A DNA stretch of 32,635 nucleotides from a virus. The notes beneath the pieces were generated by a model. It did not search any database, was not told the DNA's origin, and worked only from the letters and a program-made list of their open reading frames with translations. The position numbers were made by a program, and so were the translations under genes. This document shows, piece by piece, positions 1-9,198 of the stretch (positions are counted from its first letter, which is position 1; each line of letters opens with the position of its first letter). The DNA lies in UHGV virus genome UHGV-0186667; one strand, 5' to 3'.

Positions 1-9
1 AATCATGAT

Positions 10-54
10 TGGTGGAGCTGGCGGGAGTTGAACCCGCGTCCGAAATTCCTACAT
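10..54 (-). repeat. att core: copy of the 3'-terminal ~45 nt of ssrA (tmRNA), minus orientation, adjacent to integrase
   Basis: Positions 10-54 read TGGTGGAGCTGGCGGGAGTTGAACCCGCGTCCGAAATTCCTACAT, the reverse complement of the E. coli ssrA 3' end as I remember it. Identity stops at 55, so this is a fragment, not the whole gene. Confidence 0.6.
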
Positions 55-171
55 ACCATTTTTACACTAACGAAATCATATTTTTTCATTTTAAATCATG
101 ATGTTAGTGTTAATCTGTGTTTGCTTGTTTTACTTGTTTTTAGTGCTCTGCCGCCAAAGTGCCGCCATTTA

Positions 172-1197
172 TTAGCGATGCCAGTTGAGGTTATGAAGTG
201 GATTTTTGGTAACGGCATCTTCCAGATGATCCGGTGCAAAATGGGCATAAATCATGGTCATTTTAATATCAGCGTGCCCTAAAATATCCCTCAATACTAA
301 AATGTTTCCGCCGTTCATCATAAAGTGGCTGGCGAAAGTGTGGCGCAGAACGTGGGTACATTGACCTTCAGGTAGTTCAATTCCAGCTCGTTTTACCGCA
401 CGCTCAAAAGCCTTTCGGCATGGTGTGAATAACTTTCCTCTGTTTTTGGGTAATTCTTCATACAGTTCCTGAGAAATAGGAACAGTTCGGTTTTTCTTTC
501 CTTTTGTTTTGGTATAGGTAATTCGATACTTTGATATCTGGTTACCTTGCAGGTTTTCGGCTTCGCTCCATCTTGCCCCGGTTGCCAGACAAATCTTGGC
601 AATCATTAGCAGACTGGGACTTTGAGATTCAGCACAAGCGTCAAGCAGGCGTTTGATTTCATCAGCAGCAAGGAACGCCAGTTCACCCTCTGCAATTTTG
701 AAAGTTGGCAGACCGGCGAGAGGGTTGGGTGCAGACCAATGTCCCAGCTTTTTCAGTGTGCCAAAAACTGAGGATAGGTTACGTTGTTCAAGGTTCACCG
801 TTCTGGGCTTAACTGGTGACATGAGCACACCATCTTCGTTTTTGACCTCACCTTTTAATCTGGCTTCCCGGTATTTTGTGAAATCACCTGCTGTCAATTC
901 AGAAGCGATGGGATCGCCAAGCCCATTACAAATGATTTTTAACTTAGCCATTAATCGCTTAGGGTCAGCGAGTGTCTGACCGTACAGGGAATACCATTGC
1001 TCAATCACTTCTGACAGTTGTCGCCGATCTTCCTTTTCTCCCAGCCAAGGTTTCTTGTTTACCTCGTCCATGGTGAAATTCTCAAACGCAATGGCTTCGC
1101 CTTTCGTCGCAAATTGTTTGCGTACGCGTTTGCCATCTCGCCCGTTTGGGTAGCATTCACATAACCACTTTCCGTTCGGCTGTTTTCTGATGGTCAT
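172..1197 (-). CDS. int: Tyrosine integrase, P2/186 family
   Basis: 341 aa. C-terminal motifs ATGARWSEA, HVLRHTFASHF and MIYAHFAP match the tyrosine-recombinase catalytic region of P2 Int. Sits next to the att core. Confidence 0.9.
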   Translation of the reverse strand: MTIRKQPNGKWLCECYPNGRDGKRVRKQFATKGEAIAFENFTMDEVNKKPWLGEKEDRRQLSEVIEQWYSLYGQTLADPKRLMAKLKIICNGLGDPIASELTAGDFTKYREARLKGEVKNEDGVLMSPVKPRTVNLEQRNLSSVFGTLKKLGHWSAPNPLAGLPTFKIAEGELAFLAADEIKRLLDACAESQSPSLLMIAKICLATGARWSEAENLQGNQISKYRITYTKTKGKKNRTVPISQELYEELPKNRGKLFTPCRKAFERAVKRAGIELPEGQCTHVLRHTFASHFMMNGGNILVLRDILGHADIKMTMIYAHFAPDHLEDAVTKNPLHNLNWHR

Positions 1198-1198
1198 A

Positions 1199-1831
1199 TC
1201 AAAGGCTCTTAATGATTTTCAGTGCGCGGCCTATTACCTTAATGTCATCCAGTTCGCACTCAAACGATGAATCATCCTGATGCACTACTAATCTGTTTCC
1301 CGGGAGTCGTGTCAATTTTACAATGCTTTTTATCCCGTCGATGTCCACTAACCACGTACCATTTACTGGTGGTGTTTGGTTGCGATCTATTAAATAAGAA
1401 TCACCAGAAGTAGTCACCAGCAGCAGGTTGCTTGAGTCTGAGGGGAGTATGCTGCTATCAATGATTGCTTTTCCAGCATCGACCAATAAACCACCGTTGA
1501 GAGTTGCCTTTTCAATTTCAGGAGATACAAGCTCAGAAAGAGGTTTAACCTTGCTGGGGTTCACGGAATTGATATTTTTTTTAGGGTCAATGTTTGAACC
1601 TGGCTCGCCCTGTCCGGTGGTTAGCCATAGTAAAGAAACTCCTGTTTCCAAGGCGCACTGAATCACCCATTCTGCGGGAAAGCTATCTCTTAAGTATCTG
1701 TTTGCCATAGTGCTTTTTGATGCACCTAAGTGATCGCAAAGTTGCTGTCTGGACTTGAAATCATAGGCTGCCATTAGTCTGTGGATAGCCTCTCTTCCCC
1801 CTGTATTCTCGCCAGCTTTTACCTGTATCAT
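1199..1831 (-). CDS. CI-type immunity repressor (phage 186 CI-like)
   Basis: 210-aa ORF divergent from apl/cII, with an N-terminal helix-turn-helix-like stretch (SRQQLCDHLGASKSTMANRYL). Start may be the internal Met at 1774. Confidence 0.65.
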   Translation of the reverse strand: MIQVKAGENTGGREAIHRLMAAYDFKSRQQLCDHLGASKSTMANRYLRDSFPAEWVIQCALETGVSLLWLTTGQGEPGSNIDPKKNINSVNPSKVKPLSELVSPEIEKATLNGGLLVDAGKAIIDSSILPSDSSNLLLVTTSGDSYLIDRNQTPPVNGTWLVDIDGIKSIVKLTRLPGNRLVVHQDDSSFECELDDIKVIGRALKIIKSL

Positions 1832-1843
1832 TTCTTAATCCTA

Positions 1844-1895
1844 TTGACGTATCAAATATTGGATCGTAGTATCTCGATGTATCAAATATTGAATC
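1844..1895. promoter_or_regulatory. Early rightward promoter with two direct-repeat operator copies
   Basis: TTGACG (1844-1849), 17-nt spacer, TAGTAT (1867-1872). Two 17-bp repeats, GTATCAAATATTGGATC (1849-1865) and GTATCAAATATTGAATC (1879-1895), 30 bp apart, each with internal dyad symmetry. Confidence 0.5.
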
Positions 1896-1950
1896 TAATA
1901 AAACAAGATAAAACTACATAAACCAAACCTTAATCGAGAGATACTGCACT

Positions 1951-2199
1951 ATGAGCAACGACATTTCAATTCGTGTACCAAAAGTGATGGCGACACCTGC
2001 AGAGTTCGCGGAATGGGAAGGCCGCTCTCGCGGTTCGGTATATCAAATGATTCATAATGGTAAACTCGCTAAGTTTTTGGAAAGAAAGGAAAAACCGAAA
2101 GACAGAGTATGTATACGTTACCTTGAGTACAAAAAGGAACAAGTCAGGAAAAACATGGGCCAATCCAATTTCAACTTTAATGTCATCGTTGGTGACTAA
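1951..2199 (+). CDS. Apl/Cox-like excisionase and early regulator
   Basis: 82-aa ORF, first gene of the rightward early operon and divergent from the repressor, as in P2 cox and 186 apl. Confidence 0.55.
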   Translation: MSNDISIRVPKVMATPAEFAEWEGRSRGSVYQMIHNGKLAKFLERKEKPKDRVCIRYLEYKKEQVRKNMGQSNFNFNVIVGD

Positions 2200-2231
2200 G
2201 TTCAATTATGAGAACTTTCTAAGGTGGCAGC

Positions 2232-2741
2232 ATGTTTGATTACAAAATTTCCAAACATCCGCATTTTGATGAAGCCTGTAGAACTTTTGCACTACGTCAC
2301 AATATGGCGAAGCTGGCAGAACGTGCAGGAATGAATGTTCAGACACTGAGAAACAAACTCAACCCAGATCAACCGCATCAGCTCACCGCACCAGAAATCT
2401 GGCTGCTTACCGATCTGACTGAAGATTCAACGCTGGTAGATGGTTTTCTGGCTCAGATTCACTGCCTGCCATGTGTACCGATTAATGAGGTGGCAAAAGA
2501 GAAACTGCCACATTACGTCATGAGTGCAACCGCAGAGATCGGGCGTGTTGCTGCAGGTGCGGTATCTGGCGATGTAAAAACCAGTGCAGGTCGTCGTGAT
2601 GCTATCAGCAGCATTAACTCTGTAACACGACTGATGGCGTTGGCTGCTGTTTCATTGCAGGCCCGTTTACAGGCTAACCCTGCGATGGCGAGTGCAGTTG
2701 ATACCGTGACTGGCCTCGGTGCTTCATTCGGTTTGCTGTGA
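2232..2741 (+). CDS. cII: CII-like establishment activator (phage 186 CII type)
   Basis: 169 aa, same length as 186 CII; the translation resembles 186 CII as I remember it. Position after apl. Confidence 0.7.
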   Translation: MFDYKISKHPHFDEACRTFALRHNMAKLAERAGMNVQTLRNKLNPDQPHQLTAPEIWLLTDLTEDSTLVDGFLAQIHCLPCVPINEVAKEKLPHYVMSATAEIGRVAAGAVSGDVKTSAGRRDAISSINSVTRLMALAAVSLQARLQANPAMASAVDTVTGLGASFGLL

Positions 2742-2748
2742 GGTGCTT

Positions 2749-2949
2749 ATGCTGACGAAAGAACCATCATTTGCATCGCTGCTGGTAAAGCAAAGCCCGG
2801 CAATGCACTACGGTCACGGCTGGATCATGGGGGAGGATGGAAAACGCTGGCATCCGTGCCGTTCACAAGATGAATTGCTGGCAGAACTATCTACGAAGAA
2901 ACGGGGGAACAAATGGCTATTGAAGGCGCTGCGGCGACTGTTCCATTAA
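2749..2949 (+). CDS. Hypothetical small early protein
   Basis: ORF with ATG at 2749 just after the cII stop; no recognisable motif. Confidence 0.4.
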   Translation: MLTKEPSFASLLVKQSPAMHYGHGWIMGEDGKRWHPCRSQDELLAELSTKKRGNKWLLKALRRLFH

Positions 2950-3254
2950 GCCCCGGTGAACGCCTGAATGGACTTAATCACATTGCGGAGTTAAGGGCGA
3001 AAGTTTTTGGTCTGAATATTGAGTCAGAGCTTGAACGGTTTATTAAAGATATGCGTGATCCACGGGATATTAATAGCGAACAAAATAAACGGGCACTGGC
3101 TGCCATATTCTTTATGGCAAAAATTCCAGCTGAACGTCATAGCATCAGCATTAATGAGCTGACCACTGACGAAAAGCGGGAGTTGATTAAAGCAATGAAT
3201 CATTTTCGTGCAGTGGTGAGCTTATTTCCCAGACGGCTAACCATGCCGAATTAA
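2913..3254 (+). CDS. Hypothetical early protein
   Basis: 113-aa ORF in the early operon overlapping the previous ORF by 37 nt; no recognisable motif. Confidence 0.45.
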   Translation: MAIEGAAATVPLSPGERLNGLNHIAELRAKVFGLNIESELERFIKDMRDPRDINSEQNKRALAAIFFMAKIPAERHSISINELTTDEKRELIKAMNHFRAVVSLFPRRLTMPN

Positions 3255-3321
3255 CCAACTAATGAAATTAATGGCGTAAACCCGCCAGGCATCCCTTTAT
3301 CTAAATTCAGGAGAATTGATT

Positions 3322-3555
3322 ATGCGTAATATTGAAACCCTCACGACCAAAACCGGACCGGATGACGCAGGGCTTAATATTTTACTGACAGAGGCTCGTC
3401 TGGAAGAACGCCGGGCAAGGGCTGAAGCAATGGCAGCTCGCCTTGATAGCCTGGCGTGTCATATCACATCCCGCCAGCTAAACCACGTCGAAGCGGCAGA
3501 ACTGCTTCGTGTGACTGCTGAAGCAATCCAGAACGAAGCGCAGGAGATCCACTAA
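3322..3555 (+). CDS. Hypothetical early protein
   Basis: ATG at 3322 lies 8 nt after AGGAG (3309-3313); the ORF track begins at an upstream TTG (3316). Confidence 0.45.
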   Translation: MRNIETLTTKTGPDDAGLNILLTEARLEERRARAEAMAARLDSLACHITSRQLNHVEAAELLRVTAEAIQNEAQEIH

Positions 3556-3782
3556 TGGCTGATGCAATGGATCTCGTACAGCAGCGCGTTGAAGAAGAAC
3601 GCCAGCGTCATATCCGTGCTGCCCGTGCCAAAACGCCGGGCGTGTCCCGCGTGCTTTGCATTGAGTGTGAAGCGCCAATTCCGCCAGCACGCCGCCGTGC
3701 CATTCCGGGTGTGCAGCTTTGCATTACCTGTCAGGAAATCGCAGAGCTGAAAGGCAAACATTACAACGGAGGTGCTGTATGA
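3555..3782 (+). CDS. DksA/TraR-family C4 zinc-finger protein
   Basis: 75 aa with a four-cysteine motif CIECEAPIPPARRRAIPGVQLCITCQ, typical of TraR/DksA. Confidence 0.75.
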   Translation: MADAMDLVQQRVEEERQRHIRAARAKTPGVSRVLCIECEAPIPPARRRAIPGVQLCITCQEIAELKGKHYNGGAV

Positions 3783-4636
3783 GCACCATCCTGAAATGGG
3801 CGGGAAATAAAACTGCCATAATGTCAGAACTGAAAAAACACCTTCCTGCTGGCCCGCGACTGGTTGAACCTTTCGCGGGTTCCTGTGCTGTGATGATGGA
3901 GACGGATTACCCCAGCTATCTGGTTGCGGATATTAATCCTGATTTAATCAACCTCTATAAAAAGGTTGCCGCTGATTGTGAATCGTTTATATCGCGCGCC
4001 AGAGTTTTATTTGAGATCGCAAACAGGGAGGTGGCTTATTACAACATAAGGCAGGAGTTTAATTACTCCACTGAAATTACTGATTTCATGAAAGCGGTAT
4101 ATTTCCTGTATCTCAATCGTCACGGTTACCGTGGTTTATGTCGCTATAACAAGAGCGGGCATTTCAACATTCCCTACGGTAATTATAAAAATCCGTATTT
4201 CCCTGAAAAAGAAATTCGCGCATTTGCAGAAAAAGCCCAGCGGGCAACGTTTATCTGCGCCAGCTTTGATGAAACGCTGGCGATGTTGAAGGCGGGAGAT
4301 GTGGTGTATTGCGATCCGCCGTATGACGGCACGTTTTCCGGTTATCACACTGACGGCTTCACTGAAGATGACCAGTATCACCTGGCATCCGTTCTTGAAC
4401 ATCGGTCATCAGAAGGACATCCGGTCATTGTTTCTAACAGTGACACATCCCTGATCCGTTCGCTGTATCGCAATTTTACTCACCACTACATCAAGGCAAA
4501 ACGCAACATCGGTGTGGCAGCTGGCGAGGGTAAATCAGCAACAGAAATCATTGCTGTTTCCGGGCCGCGCTGCTGGGTGGGATTTGATTATTCGCGTAGC
4601 GTGGACAGTTCTGCCGTGTACGGAGTACGTGCATGA
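3779..4636 (+). CDS. dam: DNA adenine methyltransferase (Dam family)
   Basis: N-terminal ILKWAGNK motif, [15 protein letters not shown] block and DPPY catalytic motif (VYCDPPYDG) match E. coli Dam. Start ATG 3779 overlaps the upstream stop (ATGA). Confidence 0.85.
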   Translation: MSTILKWAGNKTAIMSELKKHLPAGPRLVEPFAGSCAVMMETDYPSYLVADINPDLINLYKKVAADCESFISRARVLFEIANREVAYYNIRQEFNYSTEITDFMKAVYFLYLNRHGYRGLCRYNKSGHFNIPYGNYKNPYFPEKEIRAFAEKAQRATFICASFDETLAMLKAGDVVYCDPPYDGTFSGYHTDGFTEDDQYHLASVLEHRSSEGHPVIVSNSDTSLIRSLYRNFTHHYIKAKRNIGVAAGEGKSATEIIAVSGPRCWVGFDYSRSVDSSAVYGVRA

Positions 4637-7047
4637 GTCATGCCGATATGAACAACTGCTGCGGCTTTAACGAGGCTGCCGCAGCATTCTCATGGAACAG
4701 CCCGAAAAAAGCCATTAACCCTTATCTGGACCCGGCGGAAGTTGCGCCGGTTTCTGCGCTTTCAAACCTGATCACTCTGTACGCTGCCGATAACGAGCAG
4801 GAACAACTGCGCCGCGAGGCACTGAGTGATCAGGTCTGGGAGCGTTATTTCTTTAATGAATCCCGTGATCCTGTCCAGCGCGAAATGGAGCAGGATAAGC
4901 TAATTAGCCGGGCAAAGCTGGCGCATGAGCAGCAGCGTTTTAACCCGGACATGGTCATTCTGGCAGACGTCAGCGCCCAGCCCTCCCATATCAGCAAGCC
5001 GCTGATGCAACGTATTGAATACTTCAGCAGCCTGGGCAGGCCAAAGGCTTATTCCCGCTATTTACGTGAGACGATTAAGCCATGTCTGGAACGACTGGAG
5101 CATGTACGCGACAGCCAGCTATCTGCATCTTTTCGTTTTATGGCAAGCCATGTAGGGCTGGACGGCCTGCTGATTCTGCCTGAAATGAGTCAGGATCAGG
5201 TGAAACGCCTGTCTACCCTTGTCGCTGCGCATATGAGCATGTGCCTTGATGCAGCTTGTGGTGATTTGTATGCCACCGATGACGTTAAGCCAGAAGAAAT
5301 CCGCAAGACATGGGAAAAGGTGGCAGCGGAAACCCTGCGTCTGGATGTCATCCCGCCTGCGTTTGAGCAACTCCGCCGGAAAAGAAACCGCCGCAAACCT
5401 GTGCCCTATGAACTCATTCCGGGTTCGCTGGCGCGTATGCTGTGCGCCGACTGGTGGTATCGGAAATTATGGAAGATGCGTTGCGAATGGCGGGAAGAGC
5501 AGTTGCGTGCTGTCTGTCTGGTCAGCAAAAAAGCATCTCCCTATGTCAGCTATGAAGCCGTGATGCATAAACGTGAGCAGCGCCGCAAGTCACTGGAGTT
5601 TTTCCGTTCTCATGAACTGGTGAACGAAGAGGGCGACACGCTGGATATGGAAGACGTGGTAAACGCCAGCAGCAGCAACCCGGCGCACCGCCGCAATGAG
5701 ATGATGGCCTGTGTTAAAGGTCTGGAGCTTATCGCGGAAATGCGCGGTGACTGCGCCGTTTTCTACACCATTACCTGTCCGTCACGTTTCCATTCCACGC
5801 TCAATAACGGCAGACCAAACCCAACCTGGACAAATGCGACGGTAAGACAAAGCAGCGATTATCTGGTCGGCATGTTTGCTGCATTTCGTAAGGCGATGCA
5901 CAAAGCCGGGTTGCGCTGGTATGGCGTGCGGGTGGCTGAGCCGCATCATGACGGTACAGTTCACTGGCACCTGTTGTGTTTCATGCGCAAAAAAGACCGC
6001 CGCGCCATTACTGCATTGTTGCGTAAGTTTGCCATCCGTGAAGACCGCGAGGAACTGGGTAATAACACTGGTCCACGCTTTAAATCTGAGCTGATAAACC
6101 CGCGCAAAGGAACGCCGACAAGCTACATCGCGAAATACATCAGTAAGAACATTGACGGGCGTGGTCTGGCTGGCGAGATCAGCAAGGAAACGGGTAAATC
6201 CCTGCGTGATAACGCTGAATACGTTAATGCCTGGGCGTCTCTGCATCGTGTTCAGCAATTCCGCTTCTTTGGTATTCCGGGACGTCAGGCTTACCGTGAA
6301 CTTCGCTTGCTGGCTGGTCAGGCGGCAAGGCAACAGGGTGACAAAAAAGCAGGTGCGCCGGTACTGGATAACCCGCGTCTTGATGCCATTCTGGCTGCTG
6401 CTGATGCTGGTTGTTTTGCCACCTACATCATAAAGCAGGGCGGCGTACTGGTTCCCCGCAAATATCACCTCATCAGAACCGCTTATGAAATCAACGAAGT
6501 GCCAACCGCCTATGGCGATCACGGTATTCGTATTTATGGCATCTGGTCACCCATTGCAGAGGGCAAGATCTGCACTCATGCAGTGAAGTGGAAAATGGTT
6601 CGTAAGGCCGTTGACGTTCAGGAGGCGGCAGCCGACCAGGGCGCTTGCGCCCCTTGGACTCGTGGCAATAACTGTCCCCTTGCTGAAAATTTGTACCAAC
6701 AAGGGAAAGACAAATCAGCTGATGGGGATACCAGAACGGATATTACCCGCATGGATGACAAGGAATTGCACGATTACCTGCACAGTATGAACAAAAAAGA
6801 GCGCCGGGAACTGGCTGCAAGGTTACGCCTGGTGAAACCGAAACGGCGTAAAGACTACAAACAGCGAATTACAGACCATCAGCGACAGCAGCTCGTCTAT
6901 GAACTGAAGTCCAGAGGATTTGATGGCAGCGAGAAAGAGGTCGATTTACTCCTTCGCGGCGGCAGTATTCCGTCAGGAGCAGGCCTGCGTATCTTCTATC
7001 GGAACCAGCGTTTGCAGGAAGATGATAAGTGGCGAAACCTGTATTAA
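4633..7047 (+). CDS. A: Replication initiation protein A (rolling-circle HUH endonuclease)
   Basis: 804 aa. HUH-like motif VHWHLL and paired tyrosines YIAKYISK. Start overlaps the dam stop (ATGA). P2 gene A position. Confidence 0.85.
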   Translation: MSHADMNNCCGFNEAAAAFSWNSPKKAINPYLDPAEVAPVSALSNLITLYAADNEQEQLRREALSDQVWERYFFNESRDPVQREMEQDKLISRAKLAHEQQRFNPDMVILADVSAQPSHISKPLMQRIEYFSSLGRPKAYSRYLRETIKPCLERLEHVRDSQLSASFRFMASHVGLDGLLILPEMSQDQVKRLSTLVAAHMSMCLDAACGDLYATDDVKPEEIRKTWEKVAAETLRLDVIPPAFEQLRRKRNRRKPVPYELIPGSLARMLCADWWYRKLWKMRCEWREEQLRAVCLVSKKASPYVSYEAVMHKREQRRKSLEFFRSHELVNEEGDTLDMEDVVNASSSNPAHRRNEMMACVKGLELIAEMRGDCAVFYTITCPSRFHSTLNNGRPNPTWTNATVRQSSDYLVGMFAAFRKAMHKAGLRWYGVRVAEPHHDGTVHWHLLCFMRKKDRRAITALLRKFAIREDREELGNNTGPRFKSELINPRKGTPTSYIAKYISKNIDGRGLAGEISKETGKSLRDNAEYVNAWASLHRVQQFRFFGIPGRQAYRELRLLAGQAARQQGDKKAGAPVLDNPRLDAILAAADAGCFATYIIKQGGVLVPRKYHLIRTAYEINEVPTAYGDHGIRIYGIWSPIAEGKICTHAVKWKMVRKAVDVQEAAADQGACAPWTRGNNCPLAENLYQQGKDKSADGDTRTDITRMDDKELHDYLHSMNKKERRELAARLRLVKPKRRKDYKQRITDHQRQQLVYELKSRGFDGSEKEVDLLLRGGSIPSGAGLRIFYRNQRLQEDDKWRNLY

Positions 7048-7139
7048 TTACGCGGGTTAACAATTCGTGCTCTTAATAATACCAGGCATATCAGGCTGAT
7101 GAACGTAAAAAAACGTTTTACATCAGTAAGATTATTATA

Positions 7140-7159
7140 TACTGTAAATATAAACAGTG
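7140..7159. promoter_or_regulatory. LexA box (SOS operator)
   Basis: TACTGTAAATATAAACAGTG contains a perfect CTGT-N8-ACAG with an AT-rich spacer, 43 bp upstream of the ATG at 7200. Confidence 0.7.
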
Positions 7160-7199
7160 GTTATATTTACAGTATTGCTTTGGTGTCATAGGAGGAAAG

Positions 7200-7388
7200 A
7201 TGCAGGACTATTTTTTGGAGTCTTTGAAGCTCCAGCGCATTGATTTTTTTCTTAAGCTTGTAGCGGCTAGTGAGTGTAGTGATGAAGAGAAGGGGCTGGC
7301 TTTGCAGTGGGTTTCTGAACTAACAGATGAACTCATGGCAAAAATCAGAACCCACGAATACAACCGCTCAATGGATGTCATCAGTTGA
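7200..7388 (+). CDS. Hypothetical small protein, first gene of the SOS-controlled module
   Basis: 62-aa ORF with SD GGAGGA just upstream, directly after the LexA box; position equivalent to 186 tum. Confidence 0.45.
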   Translation: MQDYFLESLKLQRIDFFLKLVAASECSDEEKGLALQWVSELTDELMAKIRTHEYNRSMDVIS

Positions 7389-7399
7389 GGTGACTTTTT

Positions 7400-7633
7400 A
7401 TGCGCATTGAAATAATGATCGATAAAGAGCAGAAGATTAGCCAGTCTACCCTGGACGCCCTTGAATCCGAGCTTTACCGCAATCTGCGTCCTCTGTATCC
7501 CAAAATGGTAATTCGTATCCGCAAAGGTAGCTCTAACGGTGTGGAACTGACCGGATTGCAACTGGACGAAGAAAGAAAACAAGTGATGAAAATTATGCAG
7601 AAGGTGTGGGAAGACGACAGCTGGCTGCATTAA
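7400..7633 (+). CDS. DinI-family protein
   Basis: 77 aa. MRIEIMIDK...LDALESEL...VWEDDSWLH aligns by eye with E. coli DinI (MRIEVTIAK...IDALAGEL...TWESADDWF). Confidence 0.75.
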   Translation: MRIEIMIDKEQKISQSTLDALESELYRNLRPLYPKMVIRIRKGSSNGVELTGLQLDEERKQVMKIMQKVWEDDSWLH

Positions 7634-7903
7634 GAAACGTTGCTGGCGTCTGAACTTGCTTCTGGCGTCAGCAAGGTTGAACAACGAGCTATGCGAGGCG
7701 TTAGTGTCAATTTGTTACCTTAACCACTATATATGCCAGGAAATTAACAGTTCTTAAGAAACAGCTTGCATGATCGAGCGCATTGAACTTAAGTTTAAGT
7801 AACGCAATCAACAGATGATATTGTTGTCTAAATTTTAAAGATAATCTGTTGAGGTTGTAGGCGTCGGAGTGTAGACTTCCGCGCCATGTGAAAAGGGGGA
7901 GTT

Positions 7904-8119
7904 ATGTCAAGCATCGCCGCATTTAGCCTGGGTAACCCAGTTGAACGTCTGGCAAGGGTTCTTAAAGAGAACCAGGACAAACTCAATCTTAGTAAAGATG
8001 GTTTTGTGTCCGTAGACTTGTCTAACAAAAGAGCAATGGATGCCATCAAGGCACAGATGGATAAGCTTGAAGGCATCAAAACGAGCACTGTAAAAGAGAA
8101 AACTAATAGAACCAGATAA
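7904..8119 (+). CDS. Hypothetical small soluble protein, first gene of a two-gene cargo operon
   Basis: 71-aa ORF with strong SD AAGGGGGAG 4 nt upstream; its stop overlaps the next start (TAATG). No recognisable family. Confidence 0.5.
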   Translation: MSSIAAFSLGNPVERLARVLKENQDKLNLSKDGFVSVDLSNKRAMDAIKAQMDKLEGIKTSTVKEKTNRTR

Positions 8120-8961
8120 TGGCAACATTACTTTTAGCAGTGATTTTGGTTAGTGGTTTTATTTATGTAAACCTATCACTTTCAACAAGATACCGATATA
8201 AGCGTTCCAACGGCTGGGACGCTTATTTTTTTGTGGCTGCCTGGGGTATCGTTTTTTTTCTCCTTGGCGGTTTTTTCACCTTTATTTTGAACGTCAGCGG
8301 AGGGTTTCGTTGGCTGGCTAATGCCTTGAATCTAACACCTGACAGTTTTAATGGCATGTTGTCTTCATCGAAAGACAAACTTCAAAGAATAAATGAAATC
8401 AAACAGATAGCATGGGTTATGATTTCAATTGTCCTCGCTGCGATTTCAGGTTTTGGAAATAAGTTACGCACATCACGTGGAGATCGTCGTTGGGATGCCT
8501 TAGCTAAAGCTGTGGGTAATAACGCTTTCGAATCATTACTCATGGAAGCGTCCGCAAGACAGTTTCCGATCATAGCAACTCTGTCGTCTCGCAAAATCTA
8601 TGTTGGTCTTGTTACTTGTCCGGCGTTAGAAAACGGGCTTTCAGAGCACCTTGAACTTCTCCCGATGTTAAGCGGATATCGGGATAAAGATGATCTAACG
8701 ATTAGTATCACGACTAACTATCACCAACATTATCTTGATAGTGGTGTGATAAGTGGAATGTCTCGGCTTAATATCGAAGATTTCCGTGTGCTCATACCAA
8801 AAGATGAGGTTGAAACAATTTCGTTTTTTGATACTGAGACATATAACAAATTTAAAGAAAATGAAGCCAGGGATAGAAAGAACTGTCGAAAGATTGATAG
8901 TAAAAGTGCATCTTCGCGCAGCAAGCGTGCAGCAGATGCTGAGTCAAATGATCGTGCATGA
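8119..8961 (+). CDS. Hypothetical membrane protein with three predicted TM helices and a soluble C-terminal domain
   Basis: 280 aa. Hydrophobic segments at about aa 3-19, 35-57 and 96-112; C-terminal ~170 aa soluble with a basic tail. Visibly AT-rich compared with phage core genes. Confidence 0.6.
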   Translation: MATLLLAVILVSGFIYVNLSLSTRYRYKRSNGWDAYFFVAAWGIVFFLLGGFFTFILNVSGGFRWLANALNLTPDSFNGMLSSSKDKLQRINEIKQIAWVMISIVLAAISGFGNKLRTSRGDRRWDALAKAVGNNAFESLLMEASARQFPIIATLSSRKIYVGLVTCPALENGLSEHLELLPMLSGYRDKDDLTISITTNYHQHYLDSGVISGMSRLNIEDFRVLIPKDEVETISFFDTETYNKFKENEARDRKNCRKIDSKSASSRSKRAADAESNDRA

Positions 8962-9078
8962 CTATGCTGCATGAGATCGCATGATCGTTTGAGGATCGTT
9001 TTTGCTAGGGCCCGCCAGAACTGGCGGGCTTTCGCGTAGATCATGCACCTGCATGAAAACTACTACATAAAGCGGGCA

Positions 9079-9097
9079 GGCGTGGCGGGGATACGAG
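9079..9097. other. Candidate cos (cohesive-end) site
   Basis: GGCGTGGCGGGGATACGAG shares its first 13 nt with the 19-nt cohesive end of phage 186 as I remember it (GGCGTGGCGGGGAAAGCAT). Lies between hairpins and a 16-bp palindrome. Confidence 0.3.
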
Positions 9098-9198
9098 CGC
9101 GCGCAACAGTGTAACAATCTGGATCTAATGTGATATAGTTACTGTAAATATTATTAACTATTCTTATATGCATTATTAAATATTTTAATGGAGCGTTT

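Noticed and set aside
1-60. A complete ssrA (tmRNA) gene
   Set aside because: Only the last ~45 nt match; identity to ssrA stops at 55, so this is an att fragment, not an RNA gene.
28-282. 84-aa plus-strand ORF at the left end
   Set aside because: Overlaps the att core, the AT-rich arm region and the 3' end of the integrase gene; no ribosome-binding site.
5782-6522. 246-aa minus-strand ORF
   Set aside because: Lies entirely antisense inside replication gene A, which has strong family motifs; long antisense ORFs are expected by chance in GC-rich coding DNA.
7634-7680. Terminator hairpin after the DinI-like gene
   Set aside because: The sequence has an 8-bp direct repeat (CTGGCGTC twice) and only an imperfect stem with no T-tract.
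9139-9160. Second LexA box upstream of the 557-aa gene
   Set aside because: TACTGTAAATATTATTAACT has the CTGT half and AT-rich spacer but lacks the ACAG half, so it is not a canonical box; shares an 11-mer with the real box at 7140.
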